Source of the DNA: Squalus acanthias
Lineage: Eukaryota
Length of the DNA stretch: 64,000 bases
Reading direction: 5' to 3'
NCBI GenBank assembly: GCA_030390025.1
Contig: JASTWF010000336.1
Coordinates: 1-64,000, forward strand
Shown here: in pieces, positions 30,001 to 41,578 of the stretch
Numbering within the stretch: the first letter of the stretch is position 1
How the letters are laid out: the number at the start of each line of letters is the position of its first letter
Notes under the pieces: generated by a model
Told to the model about the DNA's origin: nothing
What the model saw: only the letters and a program-made list of their open reading frames with translations
Database searches by the model: none
Position numbers and translations under genes: made by a program

Positions 30001-33000
30001 AGCAGCAGGAACACTGGCTGATTTCCCCCTCTCTCTCTAACCCAGCGGTCACTGGACAGTAATCAGGAGCAGGAACACTGGCTGATTTCCCCTTCTCTCT
30101 CTAACCCAGGGGTCACTGGACAGTGATCAGGAGCAGGAACCCTGGCTGATTTCCCCTCTCTCTCGAACCCAGGGGTCACTGGACATTGATTAAATGCAGG
30201 AACCCTGGCTGATTTCCCCTCTCTCTCTTACCCAGGGGTCACTGGACAGTGATCAGGCGCAGGAACCCTGGCTGATTTCCCCTCTCTCTAACCCAGGGGT
30301 CACTGGACAGTGATCAGGAGCAGGGACCCTGGCTGATTTCCTCCCTCTCTCTAACCCAGGGATCACTGGACAGTGATCAGGAGCAGGATCCCTGGCTGAG
30401 TTCCCCCCTCTCTAACCGAGGGATCACTGGACAGTGATCAGGATCAGGAACCCTGGCTGATTTCCCCTCTCTCTCGAACCCAGGGGTCACTGGACAGTGA
30501 TCAGGAGCAGGAACACTGGCTGATTTCCACTTCTCTCTCTAACCCAGGGTCACTGGACAGTGATCAGCAGCAGGAACACTGGTTGATTTCCCCTCTCTCT
30601 CCAGCCCAGGGATCACTGGACAGTGATCAGGAGCAGGAACCCTGGCTGATTTCCCCTCTCTCTCGAATCCAGGGGTCACTGGACAGTGATTAGGAGCAGG
30701 AACCCTGGCAGATTTCCCCTCTCTCTCTAACCCAGGGGTCACTGGACAGTGATCAGGACCAGGAACCCTGGCTGATTTCCCACCTCTCTAACCCAGGGAT
30801 CACTGGACAGTGATCAGGAGCAGGAACCCTGGCTGATTCCCTCTCTCTCTCTCTAACTCAGGGGTCACTGGTCAGTGATCAGGAGCAGGAACCCTGGCTG
30901 ATTTCCCCCCTCTCTCTCTAACCCAGGGGTCACTGGACAGTGATCAGGAGCAGGAACCCTGGCTGATTTCCCCTCTCTCTAACCCAGGGGTCACTGGACA
31001 GTGATCAGGAGCAGGAACCCTGGCTGATTCCCTCTCTCTCTCTCTAACTCAGGGGTCACTGGTCAGTGATCAGGAGCAGGAACCCTGGCTGATTTCCCCC
31101 TCTCTCTCTAACCCAGGGGTCACTGGACAGTGATCAGGGGCAGGAACCCTGGCTGATTTCCTCTCACTCTAACCCAGGGATCACTGGACAGTGATCAGGG
31201 GCAGGAACCCTGGCTGATTTCCTCCCTCTCTCTAACCCAGGGGTCACGGGACAGTGATCAGGAGCAGGAACCCTGGCTGATTTCCTCTCTCTCTAACCCA
31301 GGGGTCACTGGACAGTGATCAGGAGCAGGAACCCTGGTTGATTTCCTCCCTCTCTCTAACTCAGGGGTTACTGGACAGTGATCAGGAGCAGGAACCCTGG
31401 CTGATTTCCCCTATCTCTCGAACCCAGCGGTCACTGGACAGTAATCAGGAGCAGGAACACTGGCTGATTTCCCCTTCTCTCTCTAACCCAGGGGTCACTG
31501 GACAGTGATCAGCAGCAGGAACACTGGCTGATTTCCCCTTCTCTCTCTAACCCAGGGGTCACTGGACAGTGATCAGGAGCAGGAACCCTGGCTGATTTCC
31601 CCCTCTCTCTCTAACCCAGGGGTCACTGGACAGTGATCAGGAGCAGGAACCCTGGCTGATTTCCCCCCTCTCTTGCCCAGGGATCACTGGACAGTGATCA
31701 GGAGCAGGAACCCTGGCTGATTTCCCCTCTCTCTCGAACCCAGGGGTCACTGGACAGTGATCAGGAGCAGGAACCCTGGCTGATTTCCCCTCTCTCTCGA
31801 ACCCAGGGATCACTGGACAGTGATCAGGAGCAGGAACACTGGCTGATTTCCTCCCTCTCTCTAACCCAGGGGTCACTGGACAGTGATCAGGAGCAGGAAC
31901 CCTGGCTGATTTCCCCTCTCTCTCTAACCCAGGGGTCACTGGACAGTGATCAGGAGCAAAACACTGGCTGATTTCCCCCCCTCTCTCTCTAACCCAGGGG
32001 TCACTGGACAGTGATCAGCAGCAGGAACACTGGCTCATTTCCCCCTCTCTCTCTAACCCAGGGTTCACTGGACTCTGATCAGGAGCAGGAACCTTGGCTG
32101 ATTTCCCCTCTCTCTAACCCAGGGGTCACTGGACATTGATTAAAAGAAGGTACCCTGGCTGATTTCCCCTCTCTCTCTAACCCAGGGGTCACTGGACAGT
32201 GATCAGGAGCAGGAACCCTGGCTGATTTCCCCCCTCTCTCTAACCCAGGGATCACTGGACAGTGATCAGGAGCAGGAACCCTGGCTGAGTTCCCCCCTCT
32301 CTAACCGAGGGATCACTGGACAGTGATCAGGAGCAGGAAGCCTGGCTGATTTCATCTCTCTCTAACCCAGGGATCACTGGACAGTGATCAGGAGCAGGAA
32401 CCCTGCCTGATTTCCCTTCTCTCTCTAACCCAGGGGTCACTGGACAGTGATCAGGAGCAGGAACGATGGCTGGTTTCCTCTCTCTCTAACCCAAGGGTCA
32501 CTGGACAGTGATCAGCAGCAGGAACCCTGGCTGATTTCCCCTCTCTCTCTACTCCAGGGGTCACTGGACAGTGATCAGCAGCAGGAACCCTGGCTGATTT
32601 CCGCACTCTCTCTAACCCAGGGGTCACTGGACAGTGATCAGGAGCAGGAACCCTGGCTGATTTCCCCTCTCTCTCTAACCCAGGGGTCACTGGGCAGTGA
32701 TCAGGAGCAGGAACCCTGGCTGATTTCCCCTCTCTCTAACCCAGGGATCACTGGACAGTGATCAGGAGCAGGAACACTGGCTGATTTCCCCTCTCTCTCT
32801 AACCCAGGGGTCACTGGACAGTGATCAGGAGCAGGAACCCTGGCTGATTTCCCCTCTCTCTCTAACCCAGGGGTCACTGGACAGTGATCAGGAGCAGGAA
32901 CCCTGGCTGATTTCCCCTCTCTCTCTACCCAGGGGTCACTGGACAGTGATCAGGAGCAGGAACCCTGGCTGATTTCCCCTCTCTCTCGAACCCAGGGGTC

Positions 33001-36000
33001 ACTGGACAGTGATCAGGAGCAGGAACCCTGGCTGATTTCCCCTCTCTCTCGAACCCAGGGATCACTGGACAGTGATCAGGAGCAGGAACACTGGCTGATT
33101 TCCTCCCTCTCTCTAACCCAGGGGTCACTGGACAGTGATCAGGAGCAGGAACCCTGGCTGATTTCCCCTCTCTCTCTAACCCAGGGGTCACTGGACAGTG
33201 ATCAGGAGCAGAACACTGGCTGATTTCCCCCCTCTCTCTCTAACCCAGGGGTCACTGGACAGTGATCAGCAGCAGGAACACTGGCTCATTTCCCCTCTCT
33301 CTCTAACCCAGGGTTCACTGGACAGTGATCAGGAGCAGGAACCCTGGCTGATTTCCCCTCTCTCTAACCCAGGGGTCACTGGACATTGATTAAAAGCAGG
33401 TACCCTGGCTGATTTCCCCTCTCTCTCTAACCCAGGGGTCACTGGACAGTGATCAGGAGCAGGAACCCTGGCTGATTTCCCCCTCTCTCTAACCCAGGGG
33501 TCACTGGACAGTGATCAGGAGCAGGAACCCTGGCTGATTTCCCCCTCTCTCTAACCGAGGGATCACTGGACAGTGATCAGGAGCAGGAAGCCTGGCTGAT
33601 TTCCCTCTCTCTCTAACCCAGGGGTCACTGGACAGTGATCAGGAGCAGGAACCCTGCTGATTTCCCTCTCTCTCTAACCCAGGGGTCACTGGACAGTGAT
33701 CAGGAGCAGGAACCTGGCTGATTTCCCTCTCTCTCTAACCCAAGGGTCACTGGACAGTGATCAGCAGCAGGAACCCTGGCTGATTTCCCCTCTCTCTCTA
33801 ACCCAGGGGTCACTGGACAGTGATCAGGAGCAGGAACCCTGGCTGATTTCCGCACTCTCTCTAACCCAGGGGTCACTGGACAGTGATCAGGAGCAGGAAC
33901 CCTGGCTGATTTCCCCTCTCTCTCTAACCCAGGGGTCACTGGACAGTGATCAGGAGCAGGAACCCTGGCTGATTTCCCCTCTCTCTAACCCAGGGATCAC
34001 TGGACAGTGATCAGGAGCAGGAACCCTGGCTGATTTCCACTCTCTCTAACCCAGGGATCACTGGACAGTGATCAGGAGCAGGAACCCTGGCTGATTTCCC
34101 CTCTCTCTCGAACCCAGGGGTCACTGGACTGTGATCAGGAGCAGGAACCTTGGCTGATTTCCCCTCTCTCTCTAACCCAGGGGTCACTGGACAGTGATCA
34201 GGAGCAGGAATCCTGGCTGATTTCCCCTCTCTCTCTAACCCAGGGGTCACTGGACAGTGATCAGGAGCAGGAATCCTGGCTGATTTCCCCTCTCTCTCTA
34301 ACCCAGGGGTCACTGGACAGTGATCAGGAGCAGGAACCCTGGCTGATTTCCCCTCTCTCTCTACTCCAGGGGTCACTGGACAGTGATCAGGAGCAGGAAC
34401 CCTGGCTGATTTCCCCTCTCTCTCTACTCCAGGGGTCACTGGACAGTGATCAGCAGCAGGAACACTGGCTGATTTCCCCCTCTCTCTCTAACCCAGCGGT
34501 CACTGGACAGTAATCAGGAGCAGGAACACTGGCTGATTTCCCCTTCTCTCTCTAACCCAGGGGTCACTGGACAGTGATCAGGAGCAGGAACCCTGGCTGA
34601 TTTCCCCTCTCTCTCGAACCCAAGGGTCACTGGACATTGATTAAATGCAGGAACCCTGGCTGATTTCCCCTCTCTCTCTTACCCAGGGGTCACTGGACAG
34701 TGATCAGGCGCAGGAACCCTGGCTGATTTCCCCTCTCTCTAACCCAGGGGTCACTGGACAGTGATCAGGAGCAGGAACCCTGGCTGATTTCCCCCTCTCT
34801 CTCTAACCCAGGGGTCACTGGACAGTGATCAGGAGCAGGAACCCTGGCTGATTTCCCCTCTCTCTCTAATCCAGGGGTCACTGGACAGTGATCAGCAGCA
34901 GGAACACTGGCTGATTTCATCCTCTCTCTCTAACCCAGGGGTCACTGGACTGTGATCAGGAGCAGGAACCTTGGCTGATTTCCCCTCACTCTCGAACCCA
35001 GGGATCACTGGACAGTGATCAGGAGCAGGAACCCTGGCTGATTTCCCCCTCTCTCTCTAACCCAGGGGTCACTGGACAGTGATCAGGAGCAGGAACCCTG
35101 GCTGATTTCCCCTCTCTCTCTAATCCAGGGGTCACTGGACAGTGATCAGCAGCAGGAACACTGGCTGATTTCCCCCTCTCTCTCTAAACCAGGGGTCACT
35201 GGACAGTGATCAGGAGCAGGAACCCTGGCTGATTTCCCCCTCTCTCTCTAACCCAGGCGTCACTGGACAGTGATCAGGAGCAGGAACCCTGGCTGATTTC
35301 CCCTCTCTCTCTAATCCAGGGGTCACTGGACAGTGATCAGGAGCAGGAACACTGGCTGATTTCATCCTCTCTCTCTAACCCAGGGGTCACTGGACTGTGA
35401 TCAGGAGCAGGAACCTTGGCTGATTTCCCCTCTCTCTAACCCAGGGGTCACTGGACATTGATTAAAAGCAGGTACCCTGGCTGATTTCCCCTCTCTCTCT
35501 AACCCAGGGGTCACTGGACAGTGATCAGGAGCAGGAACCCTGGCTGATTTCCTCCCTCTCTCTAACCCAGGGATCACTGGACAGTGATCAGGAGCAGGAA
35601 CCCTGGCTGATTTCATCTCTCTCTAACCCAAGGATCACTGGACAGTGATCTGGAGCAGGAACCCTGGCTGATTTCCCCTCTCTCTCGAATCCAGGGGTCA
35701 CTGGACAGTGATCAGCAGCAGGAACACTGGCTGATTTCCCCCTCTCTCTCTAACCCAGCGGTCACTGGACAGTAATCAGGAGCAGGAACACTGGCTGATT
35801 TCCCCTTCTCTCTCTAACCCAGGGGTCACTGGACAGTGATCAGGAGCAGGAACCCTGGCTGATTTCCCCTCTCTCTCGAACCCAAGGGTCACTGGACATT
35901 GATTAAATGCAGGAACCCTGGCTGATTTCCCCTCTCTCTCTAATCCAGGGGTCACTGGACAGTGATCAGCAGCAGGAACACTGGCTGATTTCATCCTCTC

Positions 36001-39000
36001 TCTCTAACCCAGGGGTCACTGGACTGTGATCAGGAGCAGGAACCTTGGCTGATTTCCCCTCACTCTCGAACCCAGGGATCACTGGACAGTGATCAGGAGC
36101 AGGAACCCTGGCTGATTTCCCCCTCTCTCTCTAACCCAGGGGTCACTGGACAGTGATCAGGAGCAGGAACCCTGGCTGATTTCCCCTCTCTCTCTAATCC
36201 AGGGGTCACTGGACAGTGATCAGCAGCAGGAACACTGGCTGATTTCCCCCTCTCTCTCTAAACCAGGGGTCACTGGACAGTGATCAGGAGCAGGAACCCT
36301 GGCTGATTTCCCCCTCTCTCTCTAACCCAGGGGTCACTGGTCAGTGATCAGGAGCAGGAACCCTGGCTGATTTCCCCCTCTCTCTCTAACCCAGGGGTCA
36401 CTGGACAGTGATCAGGAGCAGGAACCCTGGCTGATTTCCCCTCTCTCTAACCCAGGGGTCACTGGACAGTGATCAGGAGCAGGAACCCTGGCTGATTCCC
36501 TCTCTCTCTCTCTAACTCAGGGGTCACTGGTCAGTGATCAGGAGCAGGAACCCTGGCTGATTTCCCCCCTCTCTCGCTAACCCAGGGGTCACTGGACAGT
36601 GATCAGGAGCAGGAACCTTGGCTGATTTCCCCTCTCTCTAACCCAGGGGTCACTGGACATTGATTAAAAGCAGGTACCCTGGCTGATTTCCCCTCTCTCT
36701 CTAACCCAGGGGTCACTGGACAGTGATCAGGAGCAGGAACCCTGGCTGATTTCCTCCCTCTCTCTCACCCAGGGATCACTGGACAGTGATCAGGAGCAGG
36801 AACCCTGGCTGATTTCATCTCTCTCTAACCCAGGGATCACTGGACAGTGATCTGGAGCAGGAACCCTGGCTGATTTCCCCTCTCTCTCGAATCCAGGGGT
36901 CACTGGACAGTGATCAGGAGCAGGAACCCTGGCTGATTTCCCCTCTCTCTAACCCAGGGATCACTGGACAGTGATCAGGAGCAGGAACCCTGGCTGATTT
37001 CCCTTCTCTCTCGAACCAAGGGGTCACTGGACAGTGATCAGCAGCAGGAACACTGGCTGATTTCCCCTTCTCTCTCTAACCCAGGGGTCACTGGACAGTG
37101 ATCAGGAGCAGGAACCCTGGCTGATTTCCCCTCTCTCTCTAACCCAGGGGTCACTGGACAGTGATCAGGAGCAGGAATCCTGGCTGATTTCCCCTCTCTC
37201 TCTAACCCAGGGGTCACTGGACAGTGATCAGGAGCAGGAACCCTGGCTGATTTCCCCTCTCTCTCTACTCCAGGGGTCACTGGACAGTGATCAGGAGCAG
37301 GAACCCTGGCTGATTTCCCCTCTCTCTCTACTCCAGGGGTCACTGGACAGTGATCAGCAGCAGGAACACTGGCTGATTTCCCCCTCTCTCTCTAACCCAG
37401 CGGTCACTGGACAGTGATCAGGAGCAGGAACCCTGGCTGATTTCCCCTTCTCTCTCTAACCCAGGGGTCACTGGACAGTGATCAGGGGCAGGAACCCTGG
37501 CTGATTTCCTCCCTCTCTCTAACCCAGGGGTCACGGGACAGTGATCAGGAGCAGGAATCCTGGCTGATTTCCTCTCTCTCTAACCCAGGGGTCACTGGAC
37601 AGTGATCAGGAGCAGGAACCCTGGTTGATTTCCTCCCTCTCTCTAACCCAAGGGTTACTGGACAGTGATCAGGAGCAGGAACCCTGGCTGATTTCCCCTA
37701 TCTCTCGAACCCAGTCACTGGACAGTAATCAGGAGCAGGAACACTGGCTGATTTCCCCTTCTCTCTCTAACCCAGGGGTCACTGGACAGTGATCAGCAGC
37801 AGGAACACTGGCTGATTTCCCCTTCTCTCTCTAACCCAGGGGTCACTGGACAGTGATCAGGAGCAGGAACCCTGGCTGATTTCCCCCTCTCTCTCTAACC
37901 CAGGGGTCACTGGACAGTGATCAGGAGCAGGAACCCTGGCTGATTTCCCCCCTCTCTTGCCCAGGGATCACTGGACAGTGATCAGGAGCAGGAACCCTGG
38001 CTGATTTCCCCTCTCTCTCGAACCCAGGGATCACTGGACAGTGATCAGGAGCAGGAACACTGGCTGATTTCCTCCCTCTCTCTAACCCAGGGGTCACTGG
38101 ACAGTGATCAGGAGCAGGAACCCTGGCTGATTTCCCCTCTCTCTCTTACCCAGGGGTCAGTGGACAGTGATCAGGAGCAAAACACTGGCTGATTTCCCCC
38201 CCTCTCTCTCTAACCCAGGGGTCACTGGACAGTGATCAGCAGCAGGAACACTGGCTGATTTCCCCCTCTCTCTCTAACCCAGGGTTCACTGGACTCTGAT
38301 CAGGAGCAGGAACCTTGGCTGATTTCCCCTCTCTCTAACCCAGGGGTCACTGGACATTGATTAAAAGAAGGTACCCTGGCTGATTTCCCCTCTCTCTCTA
38401 ACCCAGGGGTCACTGGACAGTGATCAGCAGCAGGAACCCTGGCTGATTTCCTCCCTCTCTCTAACCCAGGGATCACTGGACAGTGATCAGGAGCAGGAAC
38501 CCTGGCTGAGTTCCCCCCTCTCTAACCGAGGGATCACTGGACAGTGATCAGGAGCAGGAAGCCTGGCTGATTTCATCTCTCTCTAACCCAGGGATCACTG
38601 GACAGTGATCAGGAGCAGGAACCCTGGCTGATTTCCCCTCTCTCTCGACCCCAGGCGTCACTGGACAGTGATCAGGAGCAGGAACCCTGGCTGATTTCCC
38701 TTCTCTCTCTAACCCAGGGGTCACTGGACAGTGATCAGGAGCAGGAACGATGGCTGGTTTCCTCTCTCTCTAACCCAAGGGTCACTGGACAGTGATCAGC
38801 AGCAGGAACCCTGGCTGATTTCCCCTCTCTCTAACCCAGGGGTCACTGGACAGTGATCAGGAGCAGGAACCCTGGCTGATTTCATCTCTCTCTAACCCAG
38901 GGATCACTGGACAGTGATCAGGAGCAGGAACCCTGGCTGATTTCCCCTCTCTCTCGAACCCAGGGGTCACTGGACTGTGATCAGGAGCAGGAACCTTGGC

Positions 39001-41517
39001 TGATTTCCCCTCTCTCTCTAACCCAGGGGTCACTGGGCAGTGATCAGGAGCAGGAACCCTGGCTGATTTCCCCCCCTCTCTCTAACCGAAGGGTCACTGG
39101 ACAGTGATCAGCAGCAGGAACCCTGGCTGATTTCCCCTCTCTCTAACCCAGGGGTCATTGGACAGTGATCAGGAGCAGGAACCCTGGCTGATTTCCGCAC
39201 TCTCTCTAACCCAGGGGTCACTGGACAGTGATCAGGAGCAGGAACCCTGGCTGATTTCCCCTTCTCTCTAACCCAGGGGTCACTGGGCAATGATCAGGAG
39301 CAGGAGCCCTGGCTGATTTCCTCTCTCTCTAACCCAGGGGTCACTGGGCAATGATCAGGATCAGGAACCCTGGCTGATTTCCCCCCCTCTCTCTAACCCA
39401 AGGGTCACTGGACAGTGATCAGCAGCAGGAACCCTGGCTGATTTCCCCTCTCTCTAACCCAGGGGTCACTGGACAGTGATCAGGAGCAGGAACCCTGGCT
39501 GATTTCCGCACTCTCTCTAACCCAGTGGTCACTGGACAGTGATCAGGAGCAGGAACACTGGCTGATTTCATCTCTCTCTAACCCAGGGGTCACTGGACAG
39601 TGATCAGGAGCAGGAACCCTGGCTGATTTCCCCTCTCTCTTTAACCCAGGGGTCACTGGGCAGTGATCAGGAGCAGGAACCTTGGCTGATTTCCCCTCTC
39701 TCTCTAACCCAGGGGTCACTGGGCAGTGATCAGGAGCAGGAACCCTGGCTGATTTCCCCTCTCTCTCTAACCCAGGGGTCACTGGACAGTGAGCAGGAGC
39801 AGGAACGATGGCTGATTTCCCCTCTCTCTCTAACCCAGGGGTCACTGGGCAGTGATCAGGAGCAGGAACCCTGGCTGATTTCATCTCTCTCTAGCCCAGT
39901 GGTCACTGGACAGTGATCAGGAGCAGGAACCCTGTCTGATTTCCGTACTCTCTCTAACCCAGGGGTCACTGGACAGTGATCAGGAGCAGGAACCCTGGCT
40001 GATTTCCCCTCTCTCTCTAACCCAGGGGTCACTGGGCAGTGATCAGGAGCAGGAACCCTGGCTGATTTCCCCTCTCTCTAACCCAGGGATCACTGGACAG
40101 TGATCAGGAGCAGGAACCCTGGCTGATTTCATCTCTCTCTAACCCAGGGATCACTGGACAGTGATCAGGAGCAGGAACCCTGGCTGATTTCCCCTCTCTC
40201 TCGAACCCAGGGGTCACTGGACTGTGATCAGGAGCAGGAACCTTGGCTGATTTCCCCTCTCTCTCTAACCCAGGGGTCACTGGGCAGTGATCAGGAGCAG
40301 GAACCCTGGCTGATTTCCCCCCCTCTCTCTAACCAAAGGGTCACTGGACAGTGATCAGCAGCAGGAACCCTGGCTGATTTCCCCTCTCTCTAACCCAGGG
40401 GTCATTGGACAGTGATCAGGAGCAGGAACCCTGGCTGATTTCCGCACTCTCTCTAACCCAGGGGTCACTGGACAGTGATCAGGAGCAGGAACCCTGGCTG
40501 ATTTCCCCTTCTCTCTAACCCAGGGGTCACTGGGCAATGATCAGGAGCAGGAGCCCTGGCTGATTTCCTCTCTCTCTAACCCAGGGGTCACTGGGCAATG
40601 ATCAGGATCAGGAACCCTGGCTGATTTCCCCTCTCTCTAACCCAGGGGTCACTGGACAGTGATCAGGAGCAGGAACCCTGGCTGATTTCCCCCCCTCTCT
40701 CTAACCCAAGGGTCACTGGACAATGATCAGCAGCAGGAACCCTGGCTGATTTCCCCTCTCTCTAACCCAGGGGTCACTGGACAGTGATCAGGAGCAGGAA
40801 CCCTGGCTGATTTCCGCACTCTCTCTAACCCAGTGGTCACTGGACAGTGATCAGGAGCAGGAACACTGGCTGATTTCATCTCTCTCTAACCCAGGGGTCA
40901 CTGGACAGTGATCAGGAGCAGGAACCCTGGCTGATTTCCCCTCTCTCTTTAACCCAGGGGTCACTGGACAGTGATCAGGAGCAGGAACCTTGGCTGATTT
41001 CCCCTCTCTCTCTAACCCAGGGGTCACTGGGCAGTGATCAGGAGCAGGAACCCTGGCTGATTTCCCCTCTCTCTCTAACCCAGGGGTCACTGGACAGTGA
41101 GCAGGAGCAGGAACGATGGCTGATTTCCCCTCTCTCTCTAACCCAGGGGTCACTGGGCAGTGATCAGGAGCAGGAACCCTGGCTGATTTCATCTCTCTCT
41201 AGCCCAGTGGTCACTGGACAGTGATCAGGAGCAGGAACCCTGTCTGATTTCCCCTCTCTCTCTAACCCAGGGATCACTGGATCGTGATCAGGAGCAGGAA
41301 CCCTGTCTGATTTCCCCTCTCTCTAACCCAGGGGTCACTGGACAGTGATCAGGAGCAGGAACCCTGGCTGATTTCCCCTCTCTCTCTAACCCAGGGATCA
41401 CTGGATCGTGATCAGCAGCAGGAACCCTGTCTTATTTCCTCTCTCTCTCTAACCCAGGGGTCTCTGGGCAGTGATCAGGAGCAGGAACCCTGGCTGATTT
41501 CCCCCTCTCTCTAACCC
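1..41517. repeat. Satellite DNA array, ~62-63 bp monomer (CACTGGACAGTGATCAGGAGCAGGAACCCTGGCTGATTTCCCCTCTCTCTCTAACCCAGGGGT)
   Basis: Uninterrupted head-to-tail repeat from base 1 to the last CTAACCC ending at 41517. Length variation is mainly in the C, (CT)n and G runs. The array runs off the left edge of the window. Confidence 0.99.
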
Positions 41518-41578
41518 TCTCCCTCGCTCCCCTCAGTCCCCCTCCCCCTCCCGATGCGACCTCTGGTGTCTCCGCCGG

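Noticed and set aside
1362..41192. Dozens of repetitive ORFs (TPGLEREGKSARVPAPDHCPV / SLTQGSLDSDQEQEPWLISPL)
   Set aside because: By-product of a 63-bp (21-codon) monomer. Frames break at every indel and most starts are GTG.
1..41517. CRISPR-like repeat array
   Set aside because: No unique spacers, no cas genes, and the context is vertebrate.
1..41517. Satellite monomer as a hammerhead ribozyme (like newt satellite 2)
   Set aside because: The minus strand has CUGAUCA rather than CUGANGA, and the hairpin is followed by UGAC, not GAAA.
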